DNA of 64,000 bases, taken from Balamuthia mandrillaris. Its lineage: Eukaryota. The stretch spans positions 310,001 through 374,000 of the forward strand of contig JAVKOQ020000003.1 in NCBI GenBank assembly GCA_031835245.2, written 5' to 3'. Shown here piece by piece: positions 42,725-58,042 of this stretch. The first letter of the stretch is position 1. Each line of letters begins with the position of its first letter. The notes beneath the pieces were generated by a model. That model was not told the DNA's origin, searched no databases, and saw only the letters and a list, made by a program, of their open reading frames with translations. A program made the position numbers and the translations under genes.

Positions 42725-43861
42725 CCTGCTGCTACACTTTTTTTTTTTTTGTTGTTGTTGCTGGGAATCGCTGCGTTGCTTCCGTCTCCTTCTTCTTCTA
42801 CGCTTGACAATAACGTACTGGAAGATAATTTTTTTAAAACAAAAAAGCGTAGCAAAGAAAGTAGTAGTAGAATAAGCAGCGATTGCGAGAGTGGAGTGCC
42901 AAAGCAAACGGATGGAGTGAGAAATGACGATAATCTGAGTAGAGAGAAAGAAGGACATGGCCAAAAAACCTGAGAGGGAGAGGAATGAGTGAGAGAGCGG
43001 GTCGTTGTTCGACCAAACGTCCCTAAGAACGCCTGCTTTTTATTGTTCGTCGAGAGGATTGGAAAGCAAGGGTGTTGCTCGTTTACCTCTTGCCTACCAG
43101 GTGACAATTGTATCCATCACATTTTTGCATTCTCGAGAGTTATCTGGTCGTCATGAAAACGATCCAGTCTCTGAGGGATGCTAATACTATCGAGGTTATC
43201 TTTCAGTTCCTCCAGTAGTCCTCGCATGCGGTTGTCAATTCTTTTTTCCAGTTCGTCGAGTTTTGCGAAGAGATGTGCCTGCAAGAGACAGATGCCAAGT
43301 TAGAGGTCAGGAAAGATGATGTTGGGTGCAGGGTACACACGAGAGTCACATCGGCAGAAGATGGTCCCCCACCGCCAGCCCGCTGCCCTTGTTCCATCGG
43401 GGCCATCGCGCCATGAGAACCGGCGAGGTCGCTGTGAGGCATTTTGCTGTGAAAACGCACTTCCCGACGGCTGTGCACAGATGATCAAAGGAACACAAAA
43501 AGGAGCCAGAGGTTGAGTACAAAAGCAAAAACAACCTCTTGATAACAATCTACCACGCTTTATGTTTCGAGGAGTTGTTGTTAACCACTTCCTTATCTGT
43601 AGCAGATTGGTGCAGATGTCTTTCTCCCTAGTCGACACACCGAAATAGTGCTCCTCATCAGTAAGTCGTTAGCCTCCTCTATCATGCTTCTGTAGAATGG
43701 GAAGGGAGGAGGGTGCCCAAGTCTTTAAACTTCGCACGAAGACCTTGGGGACTGGTAGGAAAACAAACAAACACGCACAAAAGAAATTCTGCTCCGTTAC
43801 CCTGCACGCAAGGAGAAAATGAGGTCGCTGTGAGGCGACGGTTTATTCTCTTCTCCTCTTT

Positions 43862-45824
43862 TCAAGATAAGATACAAGAAGAAGAAGAAGAAGAAGAAGA
43901 AGAAGAAGAAGAAGAAGAAGAAGAAGAAGCAAAGCTGGAAGAAGAAGAAAAAGAAGAAGCTGAAGAGGACGAACCAGCAGAAGAAAACCCGGGAGCGAGA
44001 ACAGAGGGCCTGAAGGTAGCTGCATGCCCGGCGTGGGGATTTGAAGCTGTGGATGAACGGTATGATGTTCCTTTTTGCTTCTTGGTGTAACTGGGGTTCG
44101 CAAAGAAGCTCACCAGAAACTCTGGGTAGGCATAGTCATCCCTGCAACTGACAAAGATAGATGGATTCCTTTCGTCATCCACCATCGATTCATGCTCCAC
44201 GAAGTTCCTTTGTTTTGGTTTAGGGACCTTCATGCCATGCACTCCAAGATGGTACTCCCCCGTCAACACTCGGGCCAAGAACATATGTTGAATGCCCTCC
44301 TTGTCTGGAACGGAGTAGCCGGTATTGGCGGAGTAGGATGCATCACGGGCAAAGTAAACGCCATCACCGTAGGCCTGCCGCTCTCCAAACTGTCGGAGGA
44401 AACCCTGTTGCATGATCTTGAGGAGGTTTTCTTTTGCTGTGCCATGCCACAGTCGCCGCTCGTAACGTATGCTTGTATCCCCTCCTTCGTTTTGGGCATA
44501 AGAAATAATAAGAAAAATAATATTCACAATCAAAGGAGCGAAATGGAACCAGGAAAAAAAAAAAAAACAGAGCGAGAATAGACAAGGAGAGGAGCAAGAC
44601 AAATAGAAAGAGAAAGATACCTTTTTTGACGTATTGGCTCAAATGGAACTGATATGCTTCCCACCTGACAGCGCACTGGACAGACGTAATAGAATGAATG
44701 AAATACTTGTCCCAAGAGACGGTTGCATAAAACAAGCCAGCCACTTCCTGGTACAGTGGATCCTCTGGAGATAGTAAGACTCTTTTGACTTCCGCCAGAT
44801 CTTTTCTCGGCACCCAAAAGTCTGGTAAGGCAATGGGAACGGAAGAACAGGATTGTTGTTGCGGGTGTCGCCTTCTCACAGGACGCCTTTTCTTGGTCAT
44901 AAGGTTGATTTGGCACATCACAGAGGGATGTACAAAGACCTGGTAGGCGTTCTCGCCAGCGGAAAGGCACACACACTGAAGGCTGCGCTCCTGGTGGGCC
45001 GCCTCTAACTTTTGGTTGTCTTCAGGAAGATAAGGATTCCACAGGCCATAGTCATCTTGCCATTCCCAAATTATAGTTGAGGAAGAAGATGAAGCAGAAG
45101 TGTTGGAAGAAGAAGCAGCAAAAGCAGAAGAAGAAGAAGAAGAAGAAGAAGAAGAAGAACAAGAAGAACAAGAAGAAGAAGAAGAACAAGAACAAGAAGA
45201 AGAAGAAGAACAAGAACAAGAAGAAGAAGAAGAAGAAGAAGAAGAATTAGATGAAGCCGACCCGCCAGTAAGCGCGTCCTTGATCTGTTCCACAGCATCA
45301 CGAACGACCTCAGGAGATCCCCGTACGAACGCCTTCTGTTTTGCTCTGTTGATGAAGATACCTGCACCGCTGCTCTCTTGGATTTCCCTGGCCAATGCGA
45401 AGCCCTTCTCAGCAAAAACTTCTACCAGGTCTCCCAGAAATACGATTTGAGCAATGGCCTCTTTTTTCTGCATAGCTGGCGTAGCACCACCTTCTCCAAA
45501 TGTTAAAGAATAGTACCAGCCATTGGAAGGAGGAAAGTAAAAGAGACCTGACGATTGAGCAACTGGGGGAGTAAGTGACGAGGAGGCCACTTGTTTAAGC
45601 AGTCCTACAGCAATAGTAACAGTGTCAGGGGTTCCAACCACCACAGCCATTTGCCTCTCTTGTACGATTATGATGTTGTATGCTCCAGATCGTTTCTTTA
45701 TGTCTTTGGTCATCCGGAACCTACGTTCAGAAAGCTTGTTCACAGCTTCCTTCGACAATTGTACCCTCTGCTTGACCTTTTTCGTTCCACCTTCAACTGC
45801 ACTTGCGGCGGTTGCAGCAGACAT
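43862..45824 (-). CDS. Mono-ADP-ribosyltransferase (PARP12/14/TIPARP-like) with 2 KH-like domains, WWE and PARP catalytic domain
   Basis: KH-like KDIKKRSGA...VVVGTPDTV and REIQESSGA...VRGSPEVV; WWE WEWQDDYGLWNPY...RRPVRR; catalytic LWHGT, YGDGVYFARDASYS, MFLARVLTG, SIFV, YPEFLV. Confidence 0.9.
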
Positions 45825-46225
45825 TCTTGGTGCCCTTTGCTGCTTGCTCGTAGCTCTGCCTGTTAGTAGAAAGAAATAAGGAAAGAATAAACGAGAGATA
45901 AAGATCCTCAGGCAGATGTGTTTTGTTCTGGACACAACTTCAAATGAATGAATTTTGCCGAAAATAGTCCCATCCCAGGAAATGAATGAACACAGACCCA
46001 TTTTTGTCTCGCTCGTTTCTTTGCTGCAGCAAAGAAATTTAAAAAATAATAATAACAAAAAAAAATAAAAAAACATTGGTTTAAACCAGAACAAAAAACA
46101 AAAGACTGTATATATGGATATTTCCAAAAATAAAATAAAATTAAAAACAATGCCATTTACAATGAGAACAAATAGAGGTGCAATGCATGGGCAGTAAAGA
46201 AACAAACCTGCACAGAGCGTCACTA

Positions 46226-49200
46226 TCACTTGTTGCGAGACCTCCCTCCTTTTTGGACTCTGCCAGACTTTAGTGTGTGTTTCTTTTTGCCTTTCTTGGC
46301 CTTAACGTGCAGCAGGAGAGTCGCGAGGATCTTGGGGTCGTAGTCCTGTCTGCTGTTGGTGTACCGCCTCGCTTCTTCCAGGCATTTGTGCTTGGACTTG
46401 TCACCATTCACAGTGACTCCGCTTTCCAGCAGCAGCTCAACCCACTCCAATGAACCGAGCTTCACGGCAAGGAGCAATGGTGTTGAACCCCCTTTTGATG
46501 TCACCAAATCAGTACCCCAGAGAGCGAGAAGGAGAAGCAAAGGTAGAAAGGAAGAGAAAATGAAGGAGAAAGAGCGATAGAGAAGCAGCACACCTCGGAC
46601 AGTTACAAGAGATAATCCACATTCCACACTTTTTTGATAGAGTTGATAGGGCGGAGTGTCATAACGCGAGATCATATCAAACACAGGGTTATAATTGTCA
46701 CACAGGTTAGGGTCGGCCCCCCATTCCAATAAGAGCATTGCGATGTTGGTTTGTTGGCATTTAATGGCCAGCTGATATGGAGAACAGACTATCGTGTCAC
46801 TGTGGTAGGTTTGACCTGGTGAATAGAATGAACCCTCTTTTAACACATTGGGCGAAAAGCCGCGTTTCAAGAGATGTCGAACAGCTTTATGGGAGCCTGA
46901 AGAAACTGCCTTGAAATGGGATTGTGTCAATTACTAAAATATGCAGGAAGATAAAAGGAAGGTGGAGAAGAAAGGTTACCTCATGCAAAGGCCATGGATG
47001 AGTAACATCATCTGTACCAAAAACGGTGCACCTGTCTAACATTCTCAAATAGCGGTCATGGCCAGCTGCTGCTGCCGCTGCATAAACGCGTAGATCTGCC
47101 ACAGCACCCAACTCAAGGCAACAGCGAGCCAACTGGATGTTATTATGACGAATTGCGCGTTCCAACAGAGTTTTGGCTTCGCTCAAGTCATTGCGGTTAC
47201 CAACGTCGAGAATATCAACGTCCACTCCGAACCGCTCTACCAAGGAGATAACCTCTTCGGTAGACGGCAAGCCACCCAAGCCGTTGAGCACAGTAAGAGA
47301 AATGTCCAGTGAGCCACGTAGAAGGTTGTAACCCCCATCCAGGATGAGGAACGAGAGGCGGCTGTTGGAGTTGAGCGATGCAGACTGAATGAAGCGTATG
47401 AGGTCTTCGTTGTCTCGCGAGTAACAGGTCAAAGAAAGATTGACCAGTTGAGGACATACACTCAACGAAAGCGAATCGTCTGCACATTTTTGTTTTTGAA
47501 GGTAGAGTAGGGAAGCAGCAAAATATGGAAAGAGCGAAAGTACACATCAAACGAGAGAGACAGTATAGGAGAGAGGAGAGAAGAGAGAGGAGAGAGGAGA
47601 GAGGGAGAGAGAGGGAGAGAGGGAGAGGAGAGAGAGGGAGAGAGGAGAGGAGAGAGGAGGAGGAGAGAGAGGGAGAGGAGAGGAGAGAGAGGAGAGAGAG
47701 GGAGAGAGAGGAGAGAGAGGAGAGAGAGGAGAGAGAGGAGAGAGAGAGGAGAGAGAGGAGAGAGAGGAGAGAGGGAGAGAGGAGAGAGAGAGGGAGAGGA
47801 GAGAGGAGAGAGGAGAGGAGAGAGAGGAGAGAGGAGAGAGAGGAGAGAGAGAGAGGAGAGAGGAGAGAGGAGAGAGGAGAGAGAGAGAGAGGAGAGAGGA
47901 GAGAGGAGAGAGGAGAGAGGAGAGAACGTACCAGAATATTGAATCTGGGGGTTATTGCTCATCAACAAAGTTTCCAAGCTAGAGCACTGGCTAAGGAGAG
48001 CCTTCAAAAGGGAGTTGTCAAGATCGCATCTAGAGACGTTGAGAAAGCGAAGCCCAGCAAACTTCTCTATCAGGCCCAATGCACGCTATTCGGTCATTTG
48101 TCAAATGACGTGAGTTCGAGAAAACAATCAATTGCAGAAGGAAGAATAAACAAGAATTGAAGGAAAAGGAAGAGATAAGAAGAAAAAAGGCGGAAGAGAC
48201 GAATGGTGCTTATAAAAAAAAATAATAAACAAACCGGCGAAGCAATGGCAGGCTGATTGACCAGAGAGAGCTTTCGAAGTTTGCAAGAAAAATCGAAATG
48301 CTGCAACAGCTCACACAAATCAGACACATCCAGCTGAATGGCTTTAGGAAGATGAAGCTCTTCTATGAAACGAAGGGAATCTTTGGCATGCTTTGCAAAT
48401 CTTAATAATAGAATTGAATGGGGATTTGCAAAGAAGAGCTTTTGGTTGGCTTCGCTTTGGAGAGCTTCAAACTCATCTTCAAGTTGCTTTTGTCATAGCA
48501 ACAACAACAGCGATTAACATAAAACATATGGAGGAGAGAGCACAAAGCAGGGACAAGAGAGGAGAAAGCTGAGGCGAGACTAGAGAGGGAGAAGAGGGCG
48601 AGATTAGAATGGTTCTACGAACTGATTGTGTTCCTTTGCTCGTTTGTTTGGCTTGTCGTTGCGTCTTTCTTCGCATTGATAAAACTAAATGTTAACAATA
48701 ACATTAGCATTCGTCTTCTTCTTCTTCTTCGTTCTTCTTAAGTTTGGGAGGGAGCAAGAGAGAAAGAGAAAGCGAAAGAGAAACCTTCATATTTGGAATA
48801 GCCTTCACGAAGGAGAGCCGCCTCACGCTCTTCCTGCTCTTCTTTGACCTTTTCCTGTTCCCTAGAAGCTCGTAGCAGGCGTTCTTGCAACTCTTCCTTT
48901 TGTTCGTGTAGCCACAGCTCCTTCTTACGCGCTATGTGCTTGTTCCATTTTAACTTGTTCAGGTCAAGTCTTGTGGGTTTGTGGTTCATCAGCTTCTCCG
49001 ACAACAGAAAACAACAACGAAAGAAAAGCGAAGAAACTTTTACTTTGTCCACAACTCGGGAAACGACCGAACAATGTCTCGCCAAGAGCGACACACGGCA
49101 CAGAGCAGCGGTTGCTCGTCGATAGGGTCCATCTCCTGGAAGATTCGCACCCACACTTCCACCGGCAGCCACGGCCCTTGTTGCACCCCCTCGCCCATCG

Positions 49201-49237
49201 CCGCCTCTTCCTGGGGATCGTGGCCGGGACGCTCCAT
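46226..49237 (-). CDS. F-box + LRR-like + ankyrin-repeat protein, multi-exon
   Basis: F-box LPVEVWVRIFQEM...AVCRSWRDIV; LRR LRFLNVSRC and LETLLMSNNP; ankyrin SPYQLAIKC...GADPN and TPLLLAVKLG. Confidence 0.75.
47566..47925. repeat. (GGAGAGA)n-type purine microsatellite, intronic
   Basis: Directly visible; a complementary (TCTCTCC)n tract occurs at about 52980-53175. Confidence 0.95.
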
Positions 49238-49523
49238 TTGCCACTACTTTTTTTTCCGATTGTTTTTGTTTTATGTCGACAAGAATATTCAAAGGACCAA
49301 TAAAAAATCAAACCCACGACCGTTGTAACGGATGAATTATTCGTGTCGTCACGGAAGTAGTAGCACAAAAGGAACGAGGCGAGAGGAAGCAACAGGATGG
49401 AAGAAGCACAGCGGTACGATCGATCTTCCTCTGTGCTTGAGCCGTTGTGTGGTTTGACCTGACTTGTTGCTGACGTTTAATGTTGTTGTTCACTTAAAAA
49501 AATAAAGGCGGGGTGAGTCATGT

Positions 49524-50504
49524 ATGTCCCTATTCAACCTTGCCTCCATCAACATTTGGGGCGGGTTTATCTTTGGCTACAACACAGGTTTGCTTTCACT
49601 ACCCTTTTTTTCTCTTTTCCTTCTTCTTCTTCTTGCCTTCTTGCCTCCTTGCCTTCTTTTTGTCTTCAACGTTTTCGTTACATTTTTTTTTCTGTTTCAT
49701 CTTCTCATCTCGTTTGGAGGCATGCCACTACTCCACCTCAAAAGGCATCATCGCTTTAGCCAACAAACCCATTCAAACCCACTTTGACCTCAGCACTACG
49801 TTGACGGGTGTTGTTGCCGGTACGTAAATCTGATCCCTTTTTTTTTTTGCTTCTTTCTTTCTAATCTTTTTTTTTGGTGCTTCAGCTTCTATTTTGATGG
49901 GAGCAATGGTGGGTTCCGTGGCTGGTGGTTTGCTGTGCGACTTGTTGGGACGGAAAAAGGTGATGCTGCTGGCTTGCGCTTTCACCATAGCCGGAGCATC
50001 AACCTCCGCCTTTGCTCCCAACCTGTGGAGTCTCTGCGTGCTGCGCGTGCTGCTGGGCGTCGGAGTTGGTTTGTGCAGCACCGTTTGTCCTCTTTACGTC
50101 AACGAAATGTCGCCCTCCGAGAAAAGAGGTCGTTTGGGCACTCTCTTCCAGGTTCAATTTCTGCCCGTTCCTTTTCTTCTTTCTGTTTTTTTTTTTTTTC
50201 AAATGCTTCTGTTTTAACAGAATCTTTTTGTTTCTCTCTTTACTTACCACTTTCCTTCTTTATCTGTTCCTTTCAGTTGAGCATTACACTTTCCATATTT
50301 GTTGCAGATGGAGTGGGTTATGCCTTCCTGCAACTTCCCTCGTATGACTGGAGGGCGATGCTGGGCTTTGGCGTGCTACCAGGCTTGATTTTACTTGGTT
50401 ATGCTTTGTTTGCCATGCCTGAATCTAGAATATGGCTCAGCAAACATCAGGTTTCTCATCTCTCTCGAGTGGGCCGACGGCTCTCCTTTTTCATCCTGCT
50501 CCCG

Positions 50505-50547
<43 letters not shown>

Positions 50548-51691
50548 CCTGCCTCTTCTCTTCCAACAAATCTGTGCATTTGTGTGCAGAATAACTATCG
50601 GCCACTGGAAGACGCGACCTATGATGGTGACCTCGAAATCACTATCAATGGCGAGACCGACCGCGGAGGCTGGCGCAGCCTATTTGCTCCGCGCAACTGG
50701 AAGAACGTGATTTGGGGTATCATGATGGCTGTTGCTCTTCAGCTTAGTGGCATCAATGCAGTAATTTACTATGGTAAGCTATGTCCTTTGGTTTTCTGCT
50801 TCCATTGTTGTCTCTTCTCCTTGCTTCTCGTTTTCTCGTTTTCTCTCTCTTGTTTTGCATAGTAGGTTAATTTTTTTTTAATTTTTTTTAAAAAAGCGCC
50901 CAACATCTTTGAGAGTGCTGGCCTGACATCAGACACTGCCAGTTTATTAGCAACGGTGAGCTTCATTCTTTTGTATTCATCCTTTTTGGTTTTATTCTTT
51001 CTTTCCGTTGTTGTCTTTGACTTTTTCAGTTCATTTTCTTCAATTTTAATGGCTCATTTGATTTGAAAAAAGCTGAGCGTTGGTGGCTGGAACTTTGTGA
51101 CTACGTTTTTGGCCGTTGGTCTCATCGATCGCTTTGGAAGACGTCCCCTCTTTATCATTGGAGGCATCATCATGGGCGTGGCCGACATTACGCTCGGCTT
51201 TGTAACTCAGTACGCACCAAAACCTTACGATGGATATGTTTCCATCGCCTGCGTGCTTATCTTCATACTTGGCTTCGAGGGTGGCATCGGCACTCTCTTT
51301 TGGGTGTTGATTACCGAGTACTATCCTTCCAGTGTAAGCCTCTCTCTCATGTCTCTCTTTTTCTCTCTTCATGCGAAACGGTATGTTGATTTTTTTGTTG
51401 GTTATCAACAGGTCAAGTCTCAAGCAAGTGGATTTGTGAACGTATTGCAGTGGGGCTTGAACTTGCTGTTGACCCTGACGTTCTTGGACGCTATCGATTC
51501 CATCGGCTTGGCCACCACATTTTGGATCTTTGGAGGTATGGCGCTTCTTCTTTTCATTGGTGTGTGTGTAGGTATTGGCTCTTTTTTTTACTCACGATGT
51601 CATCTTCGTTTTGGGCGTTTCAGGAGTCAATATCCTTGCCGTGATTTACTCCTGGTTCTGCTTGCCGGAGACCAAATCGCGACAGGACTGA
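49524..51691 (+). CDS. MFS sugar porter family transporter, multi-exon
   Basis: GGFIFGYNTG, DLLGRK, RVLLGVGVG, YVNEMSPSEKRG, PES, QLSGINAVIYY, IDRFGRRPL, LPETK. Confidence 0.93.
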
Positions 51692-52036
51692 AGTCTGGTT
51701 TAGGATCCTCACCCCCCCCGCTGGAATTTATTTTAAATTAGCTAGAAATTTACTCCAAATTTCGATGATTAAGAAATTTCGATGAGTAATTCAATTTACT
51801 CCAACCAATCGGAACGGCTCTCTCCTATTTTTATTAGTTTTATTATGAGAAGGAAAAAAAAGAAAGTGAAGATAAACGTTACCCGGTGTGTGCGTTCGGA
51901 TAAGAAGTTATCCCACCAGTATTTCTGTTGTTTTGTTTTTTTTAAGAATTATTGTTTTGTTGTTGGGACTGCCTGAGTTTTGTTTTTATTATTATTATAG
52001 TATTATAGTTATTATAGTTATTGTTGTGGAAGAAAC

Positions 52037-52828
52037 ATGGAAGTGGAGCAGTTTCGGGACGGCAAAGTGCCCGTGCGGTTGCGTGCGGGAAGCAACCCTC
52101 GCAGCCCTCGCAAGAAGCTCAAGGACCTCTTTCCCTACCTGCCCATCGAGGGCATGGAGCAAGCGCAAGCTGGGGCAACCAACCGCGCCCGCGCCGCCGT
52201 GGACTTTGACGGCTTCGTGGCGGAGGACGGGCGGGCTTTTGCGGATGGGGTGAGCGAGACGCTGGAGGGCTACGTGGAGAGCCCCTGCGGGACGGCCAGG
52301 GGAGGACCCACCTCCCACGTGCAGAACCTGATCAACTGCAAGGAGGGGGAGGTGCTGGGGTTTCAGGAGACGGAGCAGGCCCTCATGACAAAGCTGTTGG
52401 AGAGCGAGAACAGGCACAAGTTGCAGAGGCTTGCCAGGGAGAAGGATAACGGGAAGGGAAAGGAGAAGGGGAAGGAGAAAGAGAAAGAGAAAGAGGAGGG
52501 GGTGGCGGAAAAGGAGGAGGAGAAGGAACAGCGGAACGGCTTGCACAAACGGTCGATGAGCGAACCGAACAAGGAGTGGGGCAAGCAGGTGTCGAAGCAA
52601 GGAGGAGAGCGGCGTGTAAATAGTCTTGTACATACCAAGCTGATGAAACGGAGCGAGCTGCGAAAGAGCAAGGAGGGAGAGGAGAGGCTGGACGGCAAGG
52701 AGGAGGGCGCAAAGAAGAAAGACAAGAAAAAGGACACCAAAGGAAAGGAAAAGGAACTCAAGAACAAGCCGAAACGCTCTTCTTCCGTCACAACAACGGA
52801 CCAAAGACGAGGCTCATGCCCTTCCTAG
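52037..52828 (+). CDS. Hypothetical protein; GC-rich intronless ORF with charged C-terminal half
   Basis: 263-codon ORF with coding-like GC-rich third positions; no family recognised. Confidence 0.5.
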   Translation: MEVEQFRDGKVPVRLRAGSNPRSPRKKLKDLFPYLPIEGMEQAQAGATNRARAAVDFDGFVAEDGRAFADGVSETLEGYVESPCGTARGGPTSHVQNLINCKEGEVLGFQETEQALMTKLLESENRHKLQRLAREKDNGKGKEKGKEKEKEKEEGVAEKEEEKEQRNGLHKRSMSEPNKEWGKQVSKQGGERRVNSLVHTKLMKRSELRKSKEGEERLDGKEEGAKKKDKKKDTKGKEKELKNKPKRSSSVTTTDQRRGSCPS

Positions 52829-53647
52829 TTCTTCTCCCTTATCTCTCCCTTTCATTTCTCGTTTCGTTCTTTTCTCTCTTCCTCTAGTCTCTCTTTTCTC
52901 TTCATTCACCTTCTCTTTCTCCCTCCTTCCTCTCTTCTCGTTCTCTCCCTTATCTTTCCTCTTTTGTTCGTTCCCTTTTCTCTCTCCCTTCTCTCTCTCC
53001 TCTCTTTCTTCTCTCTCTTCTCTTTCTTCTCTCTCTTCTCTCCTCTCTCCTCTCTCCTCTCTCCCTTCTCTCTCTCCTCTCTTTCTTCTCTCTCTGCTCT
53101 GTCTTCTCTCTCCTCTCTCCTCTCTCCTCTCTCCTCTCTCCTCTCTCCTCTCCTCTCTCCTCTCTCCTCTCCTCTTGCTTTCCTATGGAGTATTTCCCTT
53201 GAGAGCCATAAAAGAATGTAAACTATGTTAGCCAAATTTTTCTTGGTTTTTTGTTTTCGTGTCGACATTTGGTGAACCAAAAAAAAAATAAAGCAGACAA
53301 CAAAGAAAGCGAGCGAGGATCCCTTCCCGCCCAAGAAGAGAGACAATTTGAACGCTGTTTTCTCCAAGGAACGAAAAAAAAGGGGGGGGGAGAACCAATT
53401 CAAACAACAGACGGATCATCAAAGCAAGGTAACATGCTTGCATCCATTTTATTTTATTTTATTTTTTTCCAATCATCGAGGGCACAACGAGAAAGCACAT
53501 CAATTTTTTTTTTTTTTCACGGAAGTGTGTTTTGTGCACAAGCAACTCACACCCTTCTTTTTTGGTGAAGGCAAAACCAAAACTTATTACGGTTCAAATC
53601 AATCCTTAACATTTTTTTTTTCTTTTATAAACAAACGTGCAGCCATC

Positions 53648-57850
<4,203 letters not shown>

Positions 57851-58042
57851 AATTTATGTCGAGTGACCGTTTTCTTTCGAAGAGATTTTTGTAGACACAA
57901 TTCCCAAATTTAGGTAAAACTCAATTTTTGTAGACAAACAAAAGAGAAGATAAAAAATACATAAAAAAAATTGTTTTAGCGAAAAGAAGAACGAAGAAGG
58001 AAGAAGAAGGAAGTTCAAGGGGCTCCTAGGGAAAAAGAAGAA

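Noticed and set aside
45825..46229. Hydrophobic N-terminal extension of the 621-aa PARP ORF
   Set aside because: AT-rich, UTR/intergenic-like sequence opened at a non-ATG start; the likely start is MSAATAA at 45824.
47566..53175. (GGAGAGA)n and (TCTCTCC)n tracts as terminal inverted repeats of a transposon
   Set aside because: Low-complexity tracts are common throughout the window; no transposase or target-site duplication was seen, and the enclosed genes are ordinary.
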